A stretch of 63,516 nucleotides of DNA, counting the filler, from Octopus bimaculoides (lineage: Eukaryota), in NCBI RefSeq assembly GCF_001194135.2. It is 6 parts of 6 records of this genome, joined end to end, with 100 filler letters (N's around TTAATTAATTAA, not from the genome) between each part and the next. Parts side by side here need not be neighbours in the genome. Positions count along the whole stretch, not along the records: positions 1 to 23,623 come from NC_068982.1; positions 23,724 to 33,381 come from NC_068997.1; positions 33,482 to 52,137 come from NC_068983.1; 3 more parts are not named here. One strand, written 5' to 3'. Position 1 is the stretch's first letter; each line of letters begins with the position of its first letter. Shown piece by piece: positions 21,393-35,610 of the stretch. The position numbers were made by a program, and so were the translations under genes. The notes beneath the pieces were generated by a model. The model made no database searches, was not told the DNA's origin, and saw only the letters and a list, made by a program, of their open reading frames with translations.

Positions 21393-22044
21393 NNNNNNNN
21401 NNNNNNNNNNNNNNNNNNNNNNNNNNNNNNNNNNNNNNNNNNNNNNNNNNNNNNNNNNNNNNNNNNNNNNNNNNNNNNNNNNNNNNNNNNNNNNNNNNNN
21501 NNNNNNNNNNNNNNNNNNNNNNNNNNNNNNNNNNNNNNNNNNNNNNNNNNNNNNNNNNNNNNNNNNNNNNNNNNNNNNNNNNNNNNNNNNNNNNNNNNNN
21601 NNNNNNNNNNNNNNNNNNNNNNNNNNNNNNNNNNNNNNNNNNNNNNNNNNNNNNNNNNNNNNNNNNNNNNNNNNNNNNNNNNNNNNNNNNNNNNNNNNNN
21701 NNNNNNNNNNNNNNNNNNNNNNNNNNNNNNNNNNNNNNNNNNNNNNNNNNNNNNNNNNNNNNNNNNNNNNNNNNNNNNNNNNNNNNNNNNNNNNNNNNNN
21801 NNNNNNNNNNNNNNNNNNNNNNNNNNNNNNNNNNNNNNNNNNNNNNNNNNNNNNNNNNNNNNNNNNNNNNNNNNNNNNNNNNNNNNNNNNNNNNNNNNNN
21901 NNNNNNNNNNNNNNNNNNNNNNNNNNNNNNNNNNNNNNNNNNNNNNNNNNNNNNNNNNNNNNNNNNNNNNNNNNNNNNNNNNNNNNNNNNNNNNNATGTG
22001 TGTATGTGTGTGTGTGTGCATAAACTTGCACTTTGTTGGTTACG

Positions 22045-22290
22045 ACGATGAGTGTTCAAACGGATCCGATAAACGGAACGACAGCCTGCTCGTGAAATTA
22101 ATATATAAGTGAACTGAGCACCTCACAGACACGTTTATCCTCAATGTAGTCTCGAAGAGATTCAATGTGACACAGAATGTGACCAGGCTGGTCCTCTGAA
22201 TTACAGGTAAAACTCATTTTTGCCAGCTGAGTGGAATGGAACAACGTGAAATAAAGTTTCTTGTTCAACGAGAAAACGCGCAGTCGTGAA
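22045..22290 (-). mobile_element. SINE with CORE-like central domain plus tail variant i
   Basis: Shares the cagcctgctcgtgaaattaa tail with 18465, but joined to ttgaacaagaaactttatttcacgttgttccattccactcagctggcaaaaatgagt. Confidence 0.8.
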
Positions 22291-22418
22291 TCATACTTAA
22301 TGCACTAATCACAAAGTCACGCACACTTATGTTATATCTATATTCGTTTCGAACAACTGAGGAAATAAGACATTACTTATAATGTACTTATTTTCTCAGT
22401 CTGGTATACATTGTATCG

Positions 22419-22646
22419 TGGAGGCGCAATGGTCCAGTGGTTAGGGCAGCAGACTTGCGATCGGAGGATCGCGGTTTCGATAACCAGACCGGGCGTTGTG
22501 TATGTTTATTGAGCGAAAACACCTAAAGCACCACGAGGTTCCGGCTCGGGGTGGTGGGACTCCTGTTGTACTCTTTCGCCCCAACTTTCTTTCACTATTT
22601 CTTCCTGTTTCTTGAGTAACGCTGCGATGGACTGGCGTAGGGGGGG
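22419..22646 (+). mobile_element. tRNA-derived SINE, head plus central domain A plus tail variant ii (cut by gap)
   Basis: tggaggcgcaatggtccagtgg (A box), ggtttcgataacc (B box), central domain as at 18465, then gagtaacgctgcgatggactggcg (V-domain-like). Confidence 0.9.
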
Positions 22647-22828
22647 NNNNNNNNNNNNNNNNNNNNNNNNNNNNNNNNNNNNNNNNNNNNNNNNNNNNNN
22701 NNNNNNNNNNNNNNNNNNNNNNNNNNNNNNNNNNNNNNNNNNNNNNAGTTCCTCCAATAGAGTGGAAAGTAATACGTCGAGAACCACGGCACCTGTATCA
22801 CATGCACAAGCACTCAATCGCATACCAT

Positions 22829-22894
<66 letters not shown>

Positions 22895-23059
22895 GTATTG
22901 ATGAAGGAAAATGTTCTCTATGTGGCTTGTGTGTTTTCTGCACTCTGGTTATTATTATTTCTTGTCTACGTTTTGTTTGCAATGTCCTGTACCCAGATAT
23001 GCACCTATATATACAGGTAGACGTAGGTATGCACACACCTGTACGTATATATTCATATA

Positions 23060-23623
23060 CTCATTTATTATCTGTTTTTACATGACGGAACGCCAGCGTC
23101 ACCACTGTTGTAAGTAATTTCAACTTTATATTTTCTGACGCTACTCTATCTCTTTCTCTATCACTTTTCCCCCTCTCGTTCTTCCTCTGTTACTACTACG
23201 TACCTCTGTTTACCCCTCTCATTCTTCCTTCTGTTACTACTATATCTCTCTCTTCCCCCTCGTACTTCCTTCTTTTACTACTATATTCCTCTCTTTCTCT
23301 CGTTGCTCACCTATTCTTCTACTTCCTCCCTTTGTTTCTCCCTCTACCACTCTCTCTCTCTCCCTTACCCCTGCATGGTCACATGCTTCCGGTCAATAAT
23401 CCTTTTCTTCCTTGGCTATCGCCGAGCAAACACGCGAACTTACTTCGTCCCCACTTTCAAGTTCGTGCCTCACAGCGTTCATATACACATAATTTTTCAC
23501 GTCTGGCCGCATGGCCGTTTCCGTTTGTTTTCCTGTCTTGTTTTCTTTTCCGTTTGTTTTCCTGTCTTGTTGTTTGTCCGCCACTACATTCCTCCATGAC
23601 ACAGGTTTAATCTGTGTATACAA
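23060..23623 (+). repeat. Pyrimidine-rich repeat with internal tandem units (about 45-bp imperfect unit; 28-bp duplication at ~23519-23575); possibly a PLE pseudo-LTR
   Basis: ttccgtttgttttcctgtcttgtt occurs twice and ttactacta-containing units three times. The PLE pLTR identity is recall only. Confidence 0.4.
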
Positions 23624-23723
23624 NNNNNNNNNNNNNNNNNNNNNNNNNNNNNNNNNNNNNNNNNNNNTTAATTAATTAANNNNNNNNNNNNNNNNNNNNN
23701 NNNNNNNNNNNNNNNNNNNNNNN
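23624..23723. other. Artificial scaffolding linker 44N+TTAATTAATTAA+44N (also 33382-33481, 52138-52237, 55940-56039, 61258-61357)
   Basis: Five identical 100-bp constructs. The palindromic 12-mer places TAA in all six frames. Confidence 0.97.
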
Positions 23724-24439
23724 AAAACACAATGCATAACGAGTGTGTACGTAGATATTATTTATTAGCTTTGATAGTACACCAGTTATACAAGATCCAG
23801 CCTAAGTTTTCATACCAAACGACTTATAGAACTTTCTATATAGATGCTTGTGTGTGGGGAGGGGCATGAGTGCGTTGACGTACGTGTGCTGTTATACATT
23901 TTACAATTCATACGTTCACACATATATACGTATGTATGTATGTATGTATGTATGTATGTATGTATGTATGTGTGTGTGTGTGTGTATGCATGTATATTTA
24001 TGTGTGTGTTTATGTATTGTATAGGAACATACAAAACGATGTCGGAAAAATATACCAGACTTCCTTTAAGATTTCAGGAAAAATTGTCTTTCTCCGTATA
24101 CAAGAAGAGAAACTGAATATAGTTTCTCAGCTGATTCGGATTGTAGATATTCCTAAAATATTTAGAGTACTTGAATACATTTATAGTCAAATGGGTTATA
24201 GTTGGATGAAGTTTCGCATCAAATATGTTCGATTCTAACCGGATAATTGCTGAGAGGATAATGCCTTTAAGCGTTCATCTATGCATATATGTAAGGTTGT
24301 TTCTTGATTTGTATTCTTTGTGTGACTTTATTTCAAAAGGCAGCTTACAAAGAATGGTTTCGAAATCCATAATAGTCGCTTAAATTAGGAAGACCGTAGA
24401 TTGTGGATGCTACTAGGAATACTTAGTGTATATAACATA

Positions 24440-24920
24440 ATTTCAGCACCACCTGGAAATGACATTTAATGAAGTTTCAGATATTCTTTGGACACCATAG
24501 CCGATTCGAGTAATAAGTTATTGTTTTAGGAAATGTATACATGTGTTGGTGGTTTATTTGGAAGCTCTTGGAGATATATGCCCAGGGTCGATTTGAATGC
24601 TCTGAGGTCTGTTTCTTCTCTCACGTGCCTTGGCATGATGTTAAAGAGAGCAGGATAAGTTCAGGTGAAATAGTTCTGTGTAGATGTTATGATGTGATGA
24701 CTGACTGATTTTTGTAGATGACCGCTAGCATGAAAACCAAGCATTGACTGAATTTTGAAGTTGATGCCAACATAATTTGGCCAAGGCCATTGAAACATTT
24801 TCTACATCGTACAAATGATATAGTGCTTGCAGTGGCGTTGGAGGGAAGATGTTTTGAAATTCTCAAGATGGTTTCAATTATAAAAATCTGGGATGTGGTC
24901 TACTTTCTACGTGATCGATT
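24440..24920 (-). mobile_element. Decayed CR1/L2-type LINE 3' end
   Basis: YPALFNIMPRHVREETDLRAFKSTLGIYLQELPNKPPTHVY.S*NNNLL resembles the CR1/L2-group RT C-terminus GP.LFN.LP..IR..T....FK..L..FL..IPD.P...Y. Confidence 0.65.
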
Positions 24921-27400
24921 TCTGGCCGTATCAAATTTTATAATTTGGGAGACGACAGCGGACAAGAGTATTGAAGTCGAGGACGGACGAAGGTGGAGAG
25001 GAGAAGGATAATGGTTGGAGCGTCTCTAGACCGAAACAATCTGCGTTTACTGGAACACCCGCTGAGGCCCTGTCGACGCTCCTTCTAGTGTGGGTACGCC
25101 AGTTTTAATTGTTAATTACTACATGAAATTTGTTATTACTACATGTAAGTCTAATATTTTCGGAGCCATTCTAATTTTGTACAATACCTTGTCGGTAATC
25201 TAATACATCTATTTGTTTATGATGAGCTTTTTATTAGTTTTCAAAATACGTTGAAACTGTCAAATTCCTTGTAGCTGTCAAAATAACGTCAAAACACGCG
25301 TGTATTTATGCTTCTGACTTACCGAAATTATTCAAACAATAGGGATTGAGTAACATCTGATCCTCTATTCATACGTAATTATTGCTGATTAGATTTTTTA
25401 GCTCTGTGAATACTACGAATGTTTACACTGACTTCACTAACGATTTTTCATGGGGGAAGCACCATTCCAAAATTTCATAACAAATTAGCTTTCACTATCC
25501 ACATAAATACAAACGCTGTTAAAACGATACTAGATAAAAAGGAACACGTACACAGATGATAAGAGAGTAAAGCTAAAAATTATCAAAAAGAGGGTTGTAC
25601 TGTGATTAATTAAATGTTCTGCCAGTCGCAGGGCTTGATCAAGCATTGCGGCCTGTGAAGCATGAAGTTAAAGTATATCCTTTACATACGTATGTATGTG
25701 TGCGGGTGTGTATTCAGATAAACACACACATACACACAGACGCATATATGAATATATATACCTAAACTTACGTAAATTCAAGAGGATGTATCCAGCGTTC
25801 CCTTAGTTGTAATGACATAAACAAACTAATGCACTAAAAACATCTACGTATGTTTATCAAAAATTATAGGAGATATAAACGTTTATATATATATATATAT
25901 AAACATATATACATATATGCATATATATATAAAAATATGTACATATGCTTCTATGTATGTCTATATATGTGTGTGCTTGTATACATGTGTATACATATCT
26001 GCATATATATATATATATANNNNNNNNNNNNNNNNNNNNNNNNNNNNNNNNNNNNNNNNNNNNNNNNNNNNNNNNNNNNNNNNNNNNNNNNNNNNNNNNN
26101 NNNNNNNNNNNNNNNNNNNNNNNNNNNNNNNNNNNNNNNNNNNNNNNNNNNNNNNNNNNNNNNNNNNNNNNNNNNNNNNNNNNNNNNNNNNNNNNNNNNN
26201 NNNNNNNNNNNNNNNNNNNNNNNNNNNNNNNNNNNNNNNNNNNNNNNNNNNNNNNNNNNNNNNNNNNNNNNNNNNNNNNNNNNNNNNNNNNNNNNNNNNN
26301 NNNNNNNNNNNNNNNNNNNNNNNNNNNNNNNNNNNNNNNNNNNNNNNNNNNNNNNNNNNNNNNNNNNNNNNNNNNNNNNNNNNNNNNNNNNNNNNNNNNN
26401 NNNNNNNNNNNNNNNNNNNNNNNNNNNNNNNNNNNNNNNNNNNNNNNNNNNNNNNNNNNNNNNNNNNNNNNNNNNNNNNNNNNNNNNNNNNNNNNNNNNN
26501 NNNNNNNNNNNNNNNNNNNNNNNNNNNNNNNNNATATATATATACGTGTACACAAATACGATGAGAAAGCCACACGTGCATATATTATAATTATATACGT
26601 ATTGCTTTTCGACCCTTCTATTCAACCATATTCTATTCTCCTTCTCTTTCTCTCTTTCTTTCTCTCTCTCACATACACAGGCACATATACACACACTTGC
26701 ACAAACTCACACATTCTCTCTCGTCTTCTTTCTGCCTGTCTATCTTTCTCTCTCTCTCTCTCTCACCCTCTCTTTCCCTGTATAAATATGTATATGGCCA
26801 TACATACAAACCCTCTACATGTGTGCACATTATGTAAAATGTGTTTTCACGTGGTTCGTTAGGTGCACGGACATTCGTTCCTAATCTGGGATGTGAGGAT
26901 CAAATTTCGAAATCTACACTTTGAAATTTACTCAGCTGTTAAATAAATGTATATCAACAACAAAGTACAGCTCATAAAATCCCTGATATCTAAAGCTGTT
27001 GACATTTGCGTATCACGTGTATACTTTCTTCTAGTATATAAGAAACAGTCTCAGGAAGGGGTGTAAAGATATTATTGTATATCTTTAATTTATAAAACCT
27101 GATTAATTCGCACTCACGCGTGCATACGCTCACAATTCACATAACACTATTCGACATAGTCTCTCACGCTGACAAGTCGCAAATTGTCGTATACATACAT
27201 ATACATACATACAAACATCTTTACATACATACATACATGCATACATACATATATACATGCTTATATTTATATATACGTGTGAATGTCAGTGCATGTGTAT
27301 GTGCGTGTGAACTTATATGCGCATATACATACATATATAAATACACACACATATATATATATGCATATATTTTGTAATATGTTTGTGTGAGTGCGCGCGC

Positions 27401-27455
<55 letters not shown>

Positions 27456-27977
27456 GGGGGGGGGTATATATAAACCACAGATAAGATCCATAGATTCTCA
27501 ATATAGAAGACATTTAGTATTGCTCAAAAGATTCAAGCCGAGACTCCGATATCTTTACAGGAGATCGATTCGAATGGTCAAAGAATGGCTATAAGACGGC
27601 TCAAGCTGGGTGGGTGTAGAGTCAAATTGTGGAGAATAAACAAATAAGATATATTAGATACAATAACTTGTGTGTAATAGAAAATATGCATGTATGTATA
27701 CATGCAAAACGAGAGAAAGCAAAAAGGTGAACACATGCAAACAATAAATGTCTCAATATAAATATATAAATAGGGTAGAAGAACAGTGTTGCAAGTTTAA
27801 CAGCTGTTTTGGGATGCTCGAAGCTGCCTGATAATGCCGGTAGATGTACATACGTACTCAAAAATGTTCATTGCCTTCCAACTAAAGATACTCTTCACCA
27901 ATAAACACACCCAATACTTATACATTTATATTTTTGTCCACAGCACTTTCTATGTATCATTATTATCGCAATCTCAC

Positions 27978-28160
27978 AAGGCGGTGAGCTGGCAGAAACG
28001 TTTGCACGCCGGGTGAAATGCTTACCGGTATTTCTTCTGTCTTTATGTTCTGAGTTCAATTTCTGCCGAGGTTGAGTTTTCATTTCGGGGTCGATAAATT
28101 ACGTACCAGTTGGGTACTGGTGTCGATGTGATGTATTGTACCCCTCCTCCTACTAAATTT
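27978..28160 (+). mobile_element. CORE-type SINE with small internal deletion
   Basis: aaggcggtgagctggcagaaacg...ctgagttcaatttctgccgagg...catttcggggtcgataaattacgtaccagtt. Confidence 0.9.
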
Positions 28161-28399
28161 CGTTTTTGTTTTCTTTATTCGTCTCTTCTATATTTCTCAC
28201 TTCCTTGTATTCAGTTTGTTCCTATCTCCTTTAGATATAGAAGTTATTCATATGTGTTTCTTGTGCATCATCTTTGTACAAATTATTTGGTGTATTCTTC
28301 TTGTACGAATCTGATATAGAATATCTAGTCAAATCTTTAAACGGGCCAGTATTGTAGTAAAAGACTATGACGGAGAAGTTTGAACCACTCTGTTCCTTC

Positions 28400-28560
28400 G
28401 ACATGTATTTTGAAAATAGATACACTACATCTTAGAAAGGAGCATACATTATTTCATGCAATATCAGAAGATAGTCTCTCCGTTCATTTCTCATGTGTCC
28501 AGCATAGAGGTATACCACCTGTCTTCTGGGAGATTCTTGGACGGAAGCGTTTGGCAATTA
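28400..28560 (-). mobile_element. Possible decayed RTE LINE RT C-terminus
   Basis: RRQVVYLYAGHMRNERRDYLLI weakly resembles RRL.FAGHCWRS..E..S.LLLW. Confidence 0.3.
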
Positions 28561-30562
28561 CACTCACTCTTTTTTCTTTCGTGGCATATATCTGTCACGT
28601 TTCCCTAAGTCACCGGATTAGAATTGCATGTCCAAAATTCCCACATGGCTCGTAAATTTTAGAAATAAATTGTTAGTTATAATAAAAATGGATATAACAA
28701 TGCACTGATGGTGTGTTGGCACCTTGAACTCTGTCCCCGATGGAACTGACCACCAGTGGCTTTGAAGTGCGATATAATCAACATTTACAATTTTTCAGTT
28801 GTCGTAACACCACAAATTACTCTTTTCTGTTTCGTCTCACTTTGAATGATTAGAGACGAAAGATAGCTAGAGAGTAGCCAATATGGCTACTTTTTCCACG
28901 AGAATGCTTAAGTACAGATCCTGCTTCCTTTAGAGGCTGCATATGGAGGCTCAGTTTCTCAAAATATCGCTTAACAGAAAATCCACAGTGATTTACTATT
29001 GACATCTCTGTAGGGGTTTGCTTGCTATTATTTCGTCCAACACTCGCGCAAAATAAACTCAGAGACAATCAAGAGTTTAACACTGTTTATTAGGAATCCT
29101 GGTCACAGCCACTTAAATTCCAGTGCGATCGTACAGTCTGAAATCGAAGTCAATTAATTTAAGCAACATCCTAAATATTTTAATCATGTCTACAAGAACT
29201 TTTAAAAGAAGACTTCTGTTCCAGCGACCAATAAAGGATCACTTTTCAATATCAACGTAGACTCACATATTATTCACTTCTCACAAAATGGTGGCTTGGC
29301 CAGGTCTCACTATATCCATTAAATCGGAAGGAAATTGTATGCCGCAAATGTATGGTAAATTAACTATATAAATAAAAAACACAAATACATATATTCAGAG
29401 ACATTTAAATATCTACACACACATGCACACATGTATAATATATAGCCACATATTGATCGTCTTATGTATATAAACTCGCAAATACAGACATATATATATA
29501 CATACACACACACACACATATATGTATATATATATATATATATATACATATACTTATGTGAATGTTTGTGTGCGTGTATATATATATATATATGTATGTA
29601 TGTATGTACTCGTATGTAATTGTTAATGACGAAAATAAAAACAGAAAAATGAACATAACACGGAATATTTGTGTGTGTATGTGTGAGTGTGTGTGCATGT
29701 TTATCAGTATGTGTCTGTGAGTGTGGGCTTTTGTGAGCGCGAATTTGTATGTATGTATGTATGTATGTATGTATGAATGAATTCAAACATTTCTCAAAAA
29801 TTTACGAAAAACTAAAACTGAAAAAATGGAACCACAAAATATCTTCCGGTTAGATACACACACACACACACACACACATACACACACACATACACACACA
29901 CACACGCATTCGCACACACACACACACATACTAACACATGTGCATATACATTACTTACATACATAAAATAAAATAAATTTATGTTTGCTTCGTTAATTAA
30001 TACCAGTAAAGTAATAAGACAAGTTTCATCTAGATTTCAACTTGTATCTCTAATTATGCTATTGCATGCAGTTATTCCATTTGCGTAATAACTAGCGGGA
30101 ACCTGATTTGTTAATTTGATATCTTTTTTTTCTTCTTTATATTTCTTTTGTTATCTCTCTCCGTTGCAATTAGCGTCTTTTAAAGGCTCCATCAAGCAAA
30201 TATTCCGTACGAAACAAACGCTCCTTAATCAACTTTACTTACATTAGTTTTATGTTTAATTGAGTCGTTCGAGGAACACGTGGGGATAAATGAATTAACA
30301 CACTGAAGTAAATTATGTGGGTGTATGTATATATATATGTTTGTGTATGCTTCTATGAATGTACGTATGTGTCTTTGTGTCTTTGTATACAAATACATCG
30401 ATACACATCTTTGTGTATGTATGCGCTTTCTCTCTTCATGTATATTTACAAATATAGTTTTAGACATATAGACACGCTACATTTACACATAAATGCACAC
30501 ACGCACACATATATGCATATATAAATACATACATGTAATTACATATGTAAGTATGTATGTGC

Positions 30563-30610
<48 letters not shown>

Positions 30611-32851
30611 CCAATATGTTTACAAATATATATAGTTGTACTCATGAATGTATATTGTTCTACTCATAGCGCAATAATCAAGTGTATTAAATATTGGCAA
30701 ATAAACCAAGTATTACTCGGGTAATAGTACACCTGCTACCTACAAAAGCTATCTAACTGTACAAATATTTTTAACCGTATACACTCTTCAACGGCAACTG
30801 AGATTAAATCGTATAATAATTGCTTGAGTTATTGAAGCAGATATAAATATATCAGAAAGGAAAATTTTCATTGGAAGGTTTTTCTTTCGCTTTTTCCCAA
30901 CATTAATTCAATCACACATTACGGATACATATGGTAGAGGTCAACTCGTGACCGAGTGAGAACACTTCTTTGGCATAGGAATTTCGAACAAATATTCCTG
31001 GAGATAATTTGTGGTTTCAATTTTGAAATGTTTGAATTCTTGTGAGTGAATTTGCTTTGAGAACAAAATGTGTTTACACAACACTCAACGCACATTTTAA
31101 CGCAATCAACCATAAAATCTAGTGGCCCAACAGACATTGAGACGACCACGTATGAACAGCACTTTAGGTTTCCTTTCTAGGAGAAGGTAATTATAACAAA
31201 AACTAAATGCATTAATACTACAGCTAAGACTAGGTGCTAATACTACTGTTGAAACGTGGTTCAACACACCTCGAAATACTATAAGTCCTGTACTGGTAGC
31301 CTATGACTGGATAAATTTTAATAAAAGCAATTTTAAATTAATCTCGATGATAATTCCATCCTTTTGCAGAGTGAATATTTATTATTTTTGCAGAAGAATT
31401 TTACAGACAGTTACTTCGAAGTTTTGGCCAGCAAACCAGCATCGGATTGTGATTCATTAAGTTAAACTTGGCTTTATGTATCTTCTGTTAGTTCTAGGGT
31501 TCAGTTGAATGGTAATTAATTTGTAACCTGAGTTGTCCTGTTGTTGCGGAGAAATGTTTATTATTTAAATTTCGGGCCACGTTGTTGTTCAAAATTTATT
31601 CATGCGTTTAGAAATTTGTAAAGAGTTGTGTCTGCTTACGTCTTTCAGCTCTAGGACATGGAGTTTTTAGTTTTTAGTTGCTCACAAAAAAGATGTAGAT
31701 AGAGGATGTTTTTCGTCACAGGATTTCTCAGTGGCTTTAGTTATTTTTGGATTTATGCTTACAAATGCATAATTTGTTTTGGAATATACGGATATGGACT
31801 AAACATCATACTGTAATACTTTGGCCATTTCAAGTTTCTTACAATTTAACAAGTATTCGGACATTGAAACGAAAGATGTGATCACATAAAAGTCATTTGA
31901 AAAATGAAGTTACTTCAAAAACTACGTGTCAGGGTCAAAATCATTTCACATAAGCCATTATTCACATTTTACACGATCATTTCTTTTGCTTTTCTCCCAT
32001 TGGCCTCTCCATTGTTGATGTACCGATATAATCTTTTAATTCGACATAACATAATTATTATTTTCGATTTTAAACAAAATCACCATTAGCAAGTCATGGT
32101 GGAACAACTTTTAGCTACCACGAACAGTAATTTATTGTAACGAAAGCGAAAACATTTACATGTATTTTATTATATATCAAAACCCACCTGGAAACTCAAA
32201 GGTTGCTCAGCATTCCACTTCTAATAATTGATAAATATCAATATACATTATGTATATATATATATATATATATGAGAACACACCTACACAAACACAAGCA
32301 AACATATATTTATATGTGTATGTATATGTCTTTATTATTTGTACTAGAACTGCGCACTCTACGATCATATACTGCTATATACCTTGTATGGCCCCTTGGT
32401 ACTTCAAAAGCATCCGAAACAATTAGCAATAGTTTGTCTCCTTTGCTAGCCAATGACGGCTGGTTGTCCTGATTTTTATAAACAGAAAAAAGATAGAAAA
32501 ATATTTATGTGCATACAAAATCCTTATGATTTATAAGGTGGCATAAATGTGTGCTGACGTATACACACATATATACACACACACGCACATATATGTGCGT
32601 TTTATTTGGTCAAATGCAACAATATCCACCTTAATTAGAATTACCAAATTCTCATATTTTCGTCCGCAGATTGTCATTATTTTCTTTTAGCATGGTTTTC
32701 CATTCAACTCTCTTTTTCAGACATTACAAAGTCCTTCATCAATGCATATTACACTAAATAGTGCAAAACATATTTTTGAGAAGGTATAAAATATTCGCTT
32801 TCATATTTCATTTAAATTATGTTTTTAATATTACATATACGTGGCTCTTGT

Positions 32852-32852
<1 letters not shown>

Positions 32853-32919
<67 letters not shown>

Positions 32920-32972
32920 ATTATTATCATCATCATCATCATCATCATTATTATCACTATTGTTGTTGTTGT
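32853..32972. repeat. (ATT)n(ATC)n(GTT)n array
   Basis: Read directly from the sequence. Confidence 0.95.
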
Positions 32973-33330
32973 AGTGCATATGATATTTTTTCGTAGAGGT
33001 GGGGGTGTAATATTTGTTTTGTTGTTGGTCATATTCTCACAATAGCTGAAAATAAACCGAGCTTCATATCATACATATTCTCATATTTCTATGTCAAGAC
33101 TATTATATTTGAATAACTCTATACATATTTTGTTCTATTACCTATTAATTTAATCCTCTTCTCTCAGTTCTTTGAACAGTAACGAAATCTTTCATAGTCT
33201 TCAAGAAATCCCGAAGCCTCTCTATGTGTACACATACGTATATATAAATACACACATACACTCACACACACAGGCACACACGCACGCACTCACACTCACA
33301 CACACATATATATATATATATATGTTTATT

Positions 33331-33381
<51 letters not shown>

Positions 33382-33493
33382 NNNNNNNNNNNNNNNNNNN
33401 NNNNNNNNNNNNNNNNNNNNNNNNNTTAATTAATTAANNNNNNNNNNNNNNNNNNNNNNNNNNNNNNNNNNNNNNNNNNNNATATATATATGC

Positions 33494-33526
<33 letters not shown>

Positions 33527-35385
33527 CGCGCGCCTTTATCCATTTATATACACATATATACATAAAAAAACACATACTTATATAAATACTCACAGAATAA
33601 CGCACACAAACACACATATATATATTGTATGTATATATAATCTCTTTTTCTTTGCTTTCTTCCTATTGATTAGAAATTTCTATATCACAGTATTTTTCAT
33701 CCAAGCGTAGAGACAAATGAGGTGTAAATAGGAAGACAAAGGAAGAAAATAATAAGAATTCATAGTCGAGTGGAGAAGACTGTTAAACTTTAATTGCTAT
33801 CAAAACTCGGATTTGTTCAATAATGCTTAATAGCGGCTGTTCTTCAAGATATCGGTAACTTTACACAGACAATATGTTGTTGGTCACGTTTGTGTTTTCT
33901 TTTTGCTCTTTTTTGTTTGTTTTCTTTTCCTTTGGCTCTTTGTTCATTGTCGAATAACTACGTTGTTGTAAATGGCAACACCTATCTCACTTTAAAAATC
34001 AACCACCGCTGTCATCTACAGATGATATTTAGAATGTTATCTTTATTTTGCACTTCGTTGCTCCCGGCAGTCAATCATGCATGACTAAGAACATTTCGTT
34101 TTATTCGAAAGATTTTTTTTCCTGTTTTGCTTTTGTTTTGCATACAGTGGTGATATGTAGCGAAAAACGTTTTGTTCTCTAGATTAATACGGTGATAAGG
34201 AAGTCATATATTCATAAGATAATGTCCAATGACCAAAAACAAACAACCACAGGGTTTTTAATAGAGTGACAACGAATATGTGCGGCGTTAAAGTTTATCA
34301 CAACAATGTTAACATCTCGAGTATCATTTCTATAAAAATCTATAAGTAACAGAAATAAATCTGTGAAGTTTATTCAAGCGTTTCTCAGTATATTCAATAT
34401 ATTAAATATGCCTATACAGATTAATTTTTCAGAAAGTCTACGCTATGTACATACAATGTTCATACAACTACTTAGGAAAATCTGGACAATAAGTATTTAA
34501 CGGCTTCTGAAGTTTTTCAACTCAAGTCTATTTTTCGTTCTAAGTCACTTCATTATTGATCTTTACCGTACTGATAATATTTTCTCTGTATCAGTTTCGC
34601 ACATTTTCCGAATTAAATATTCATAAGTTCATATCGGTGGAAAAAACAATAGATATTTAGCACAGCAAGTACTAAGTTAATGAATAACTATATATATATA
34701 TAAGTATATATGTATTCATACTCGCACACGTACGTACACACTCACATGCGCGCGCATGCATGTGTGTATATATGAAGCAAGATAAAACTTATGTGGATAA
34801 GCTGTTAGTTTGGGCTATTTTAAGCATTGAATTCGAATACCAAAGCACAGGGAACAACGGTTTAATATTTAAATCATTGTGTTCATGCATTTGAAAATAG
34901 TCCATCTACAGTGGGGGGGGGGAGTAATGTGTCTCATAAGAAATTTCAGGGATATGCATATGAAAAAATAGAAGTATATGCCATTTGTAGGTTATGAAAA
35001 TTCACTTTTGTGAGAGTCATAATGTATTATTTCATTCAACTAACAACTGAAAACGTGTGCCTAATTTGTTTTAGCTAATATTTTCTGTACATTACCACAT
35101 AATGTCCAGCAGCACAATGACAGTCGAACCTTCAGTTGATGACAGCCAAATCTTCAGGTGCTGGTGTCTCAAATAGTCAGTGAGCTTATCTAAAACTAAT
35201 TAAGAGTAACAGAAGCAGTGTTAATGCGAAAAGGTAATCTTGATCTCTAACTTAATGAGTTAGTCGTTTTAGAACACAAAATACTGCGTGATTACCTTGA
35301 GAAGGACCTTTCTCATTTTAACGAGAGTAACTACTGTGTCTCAGCATCGTCTCTTAAATTACATGTTGCTTTTCTCATCGCACGT

Positions 35386-35610
35386 GCTCTCACTCTCTCT
35401 CTCTCACTGTCCCTCTCTCTCACTGTCCCTCTCTCTCACTGTCCCTCTCTCTTACTGTCCCTCTCTCTCACTGTCCCTCTCTCACACTGTCCCTCTCTCT
35501 CACTGTCCCTCTCTCTCACTCTCCTTCTCTCTCACTCTCCCTCTCTCTCTCACTGTCCCTCTCTCTCACTGTTCCTCTCTCTCTCACTCTCCCTCACTCT
35601 CACTTTCACT
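35386..35610. repeat. Minisatellite, 14-16-bp unit ctctct(ct)cactgtcc
   Basis: About 10 or more imperfect copies read directly. Confidence 0.92.

Noticed and set aside
22419-22500. tRNA-like A and B boxes (also at 18780-18815, 4112, 27978 and others)
   Set aside because: These are SINE heads followed by SINE bodies, with no cloverleaf or acceptor stem, so they are not tRNA genes.
23668-23679. Recurrent TTAATTAATTAA islands inside N runs (five sites)
   Set aside because: Each is exactly 44N+12+44N. This is an assembly or scaffolding linker with stops in six frames, not biology.
35386-35610. Regularly spaced short repeats (CRISPR-like at a glance)
   Set aside because: Head-to-tail minisatellite without unique spacers, in eukaryotic DNA.
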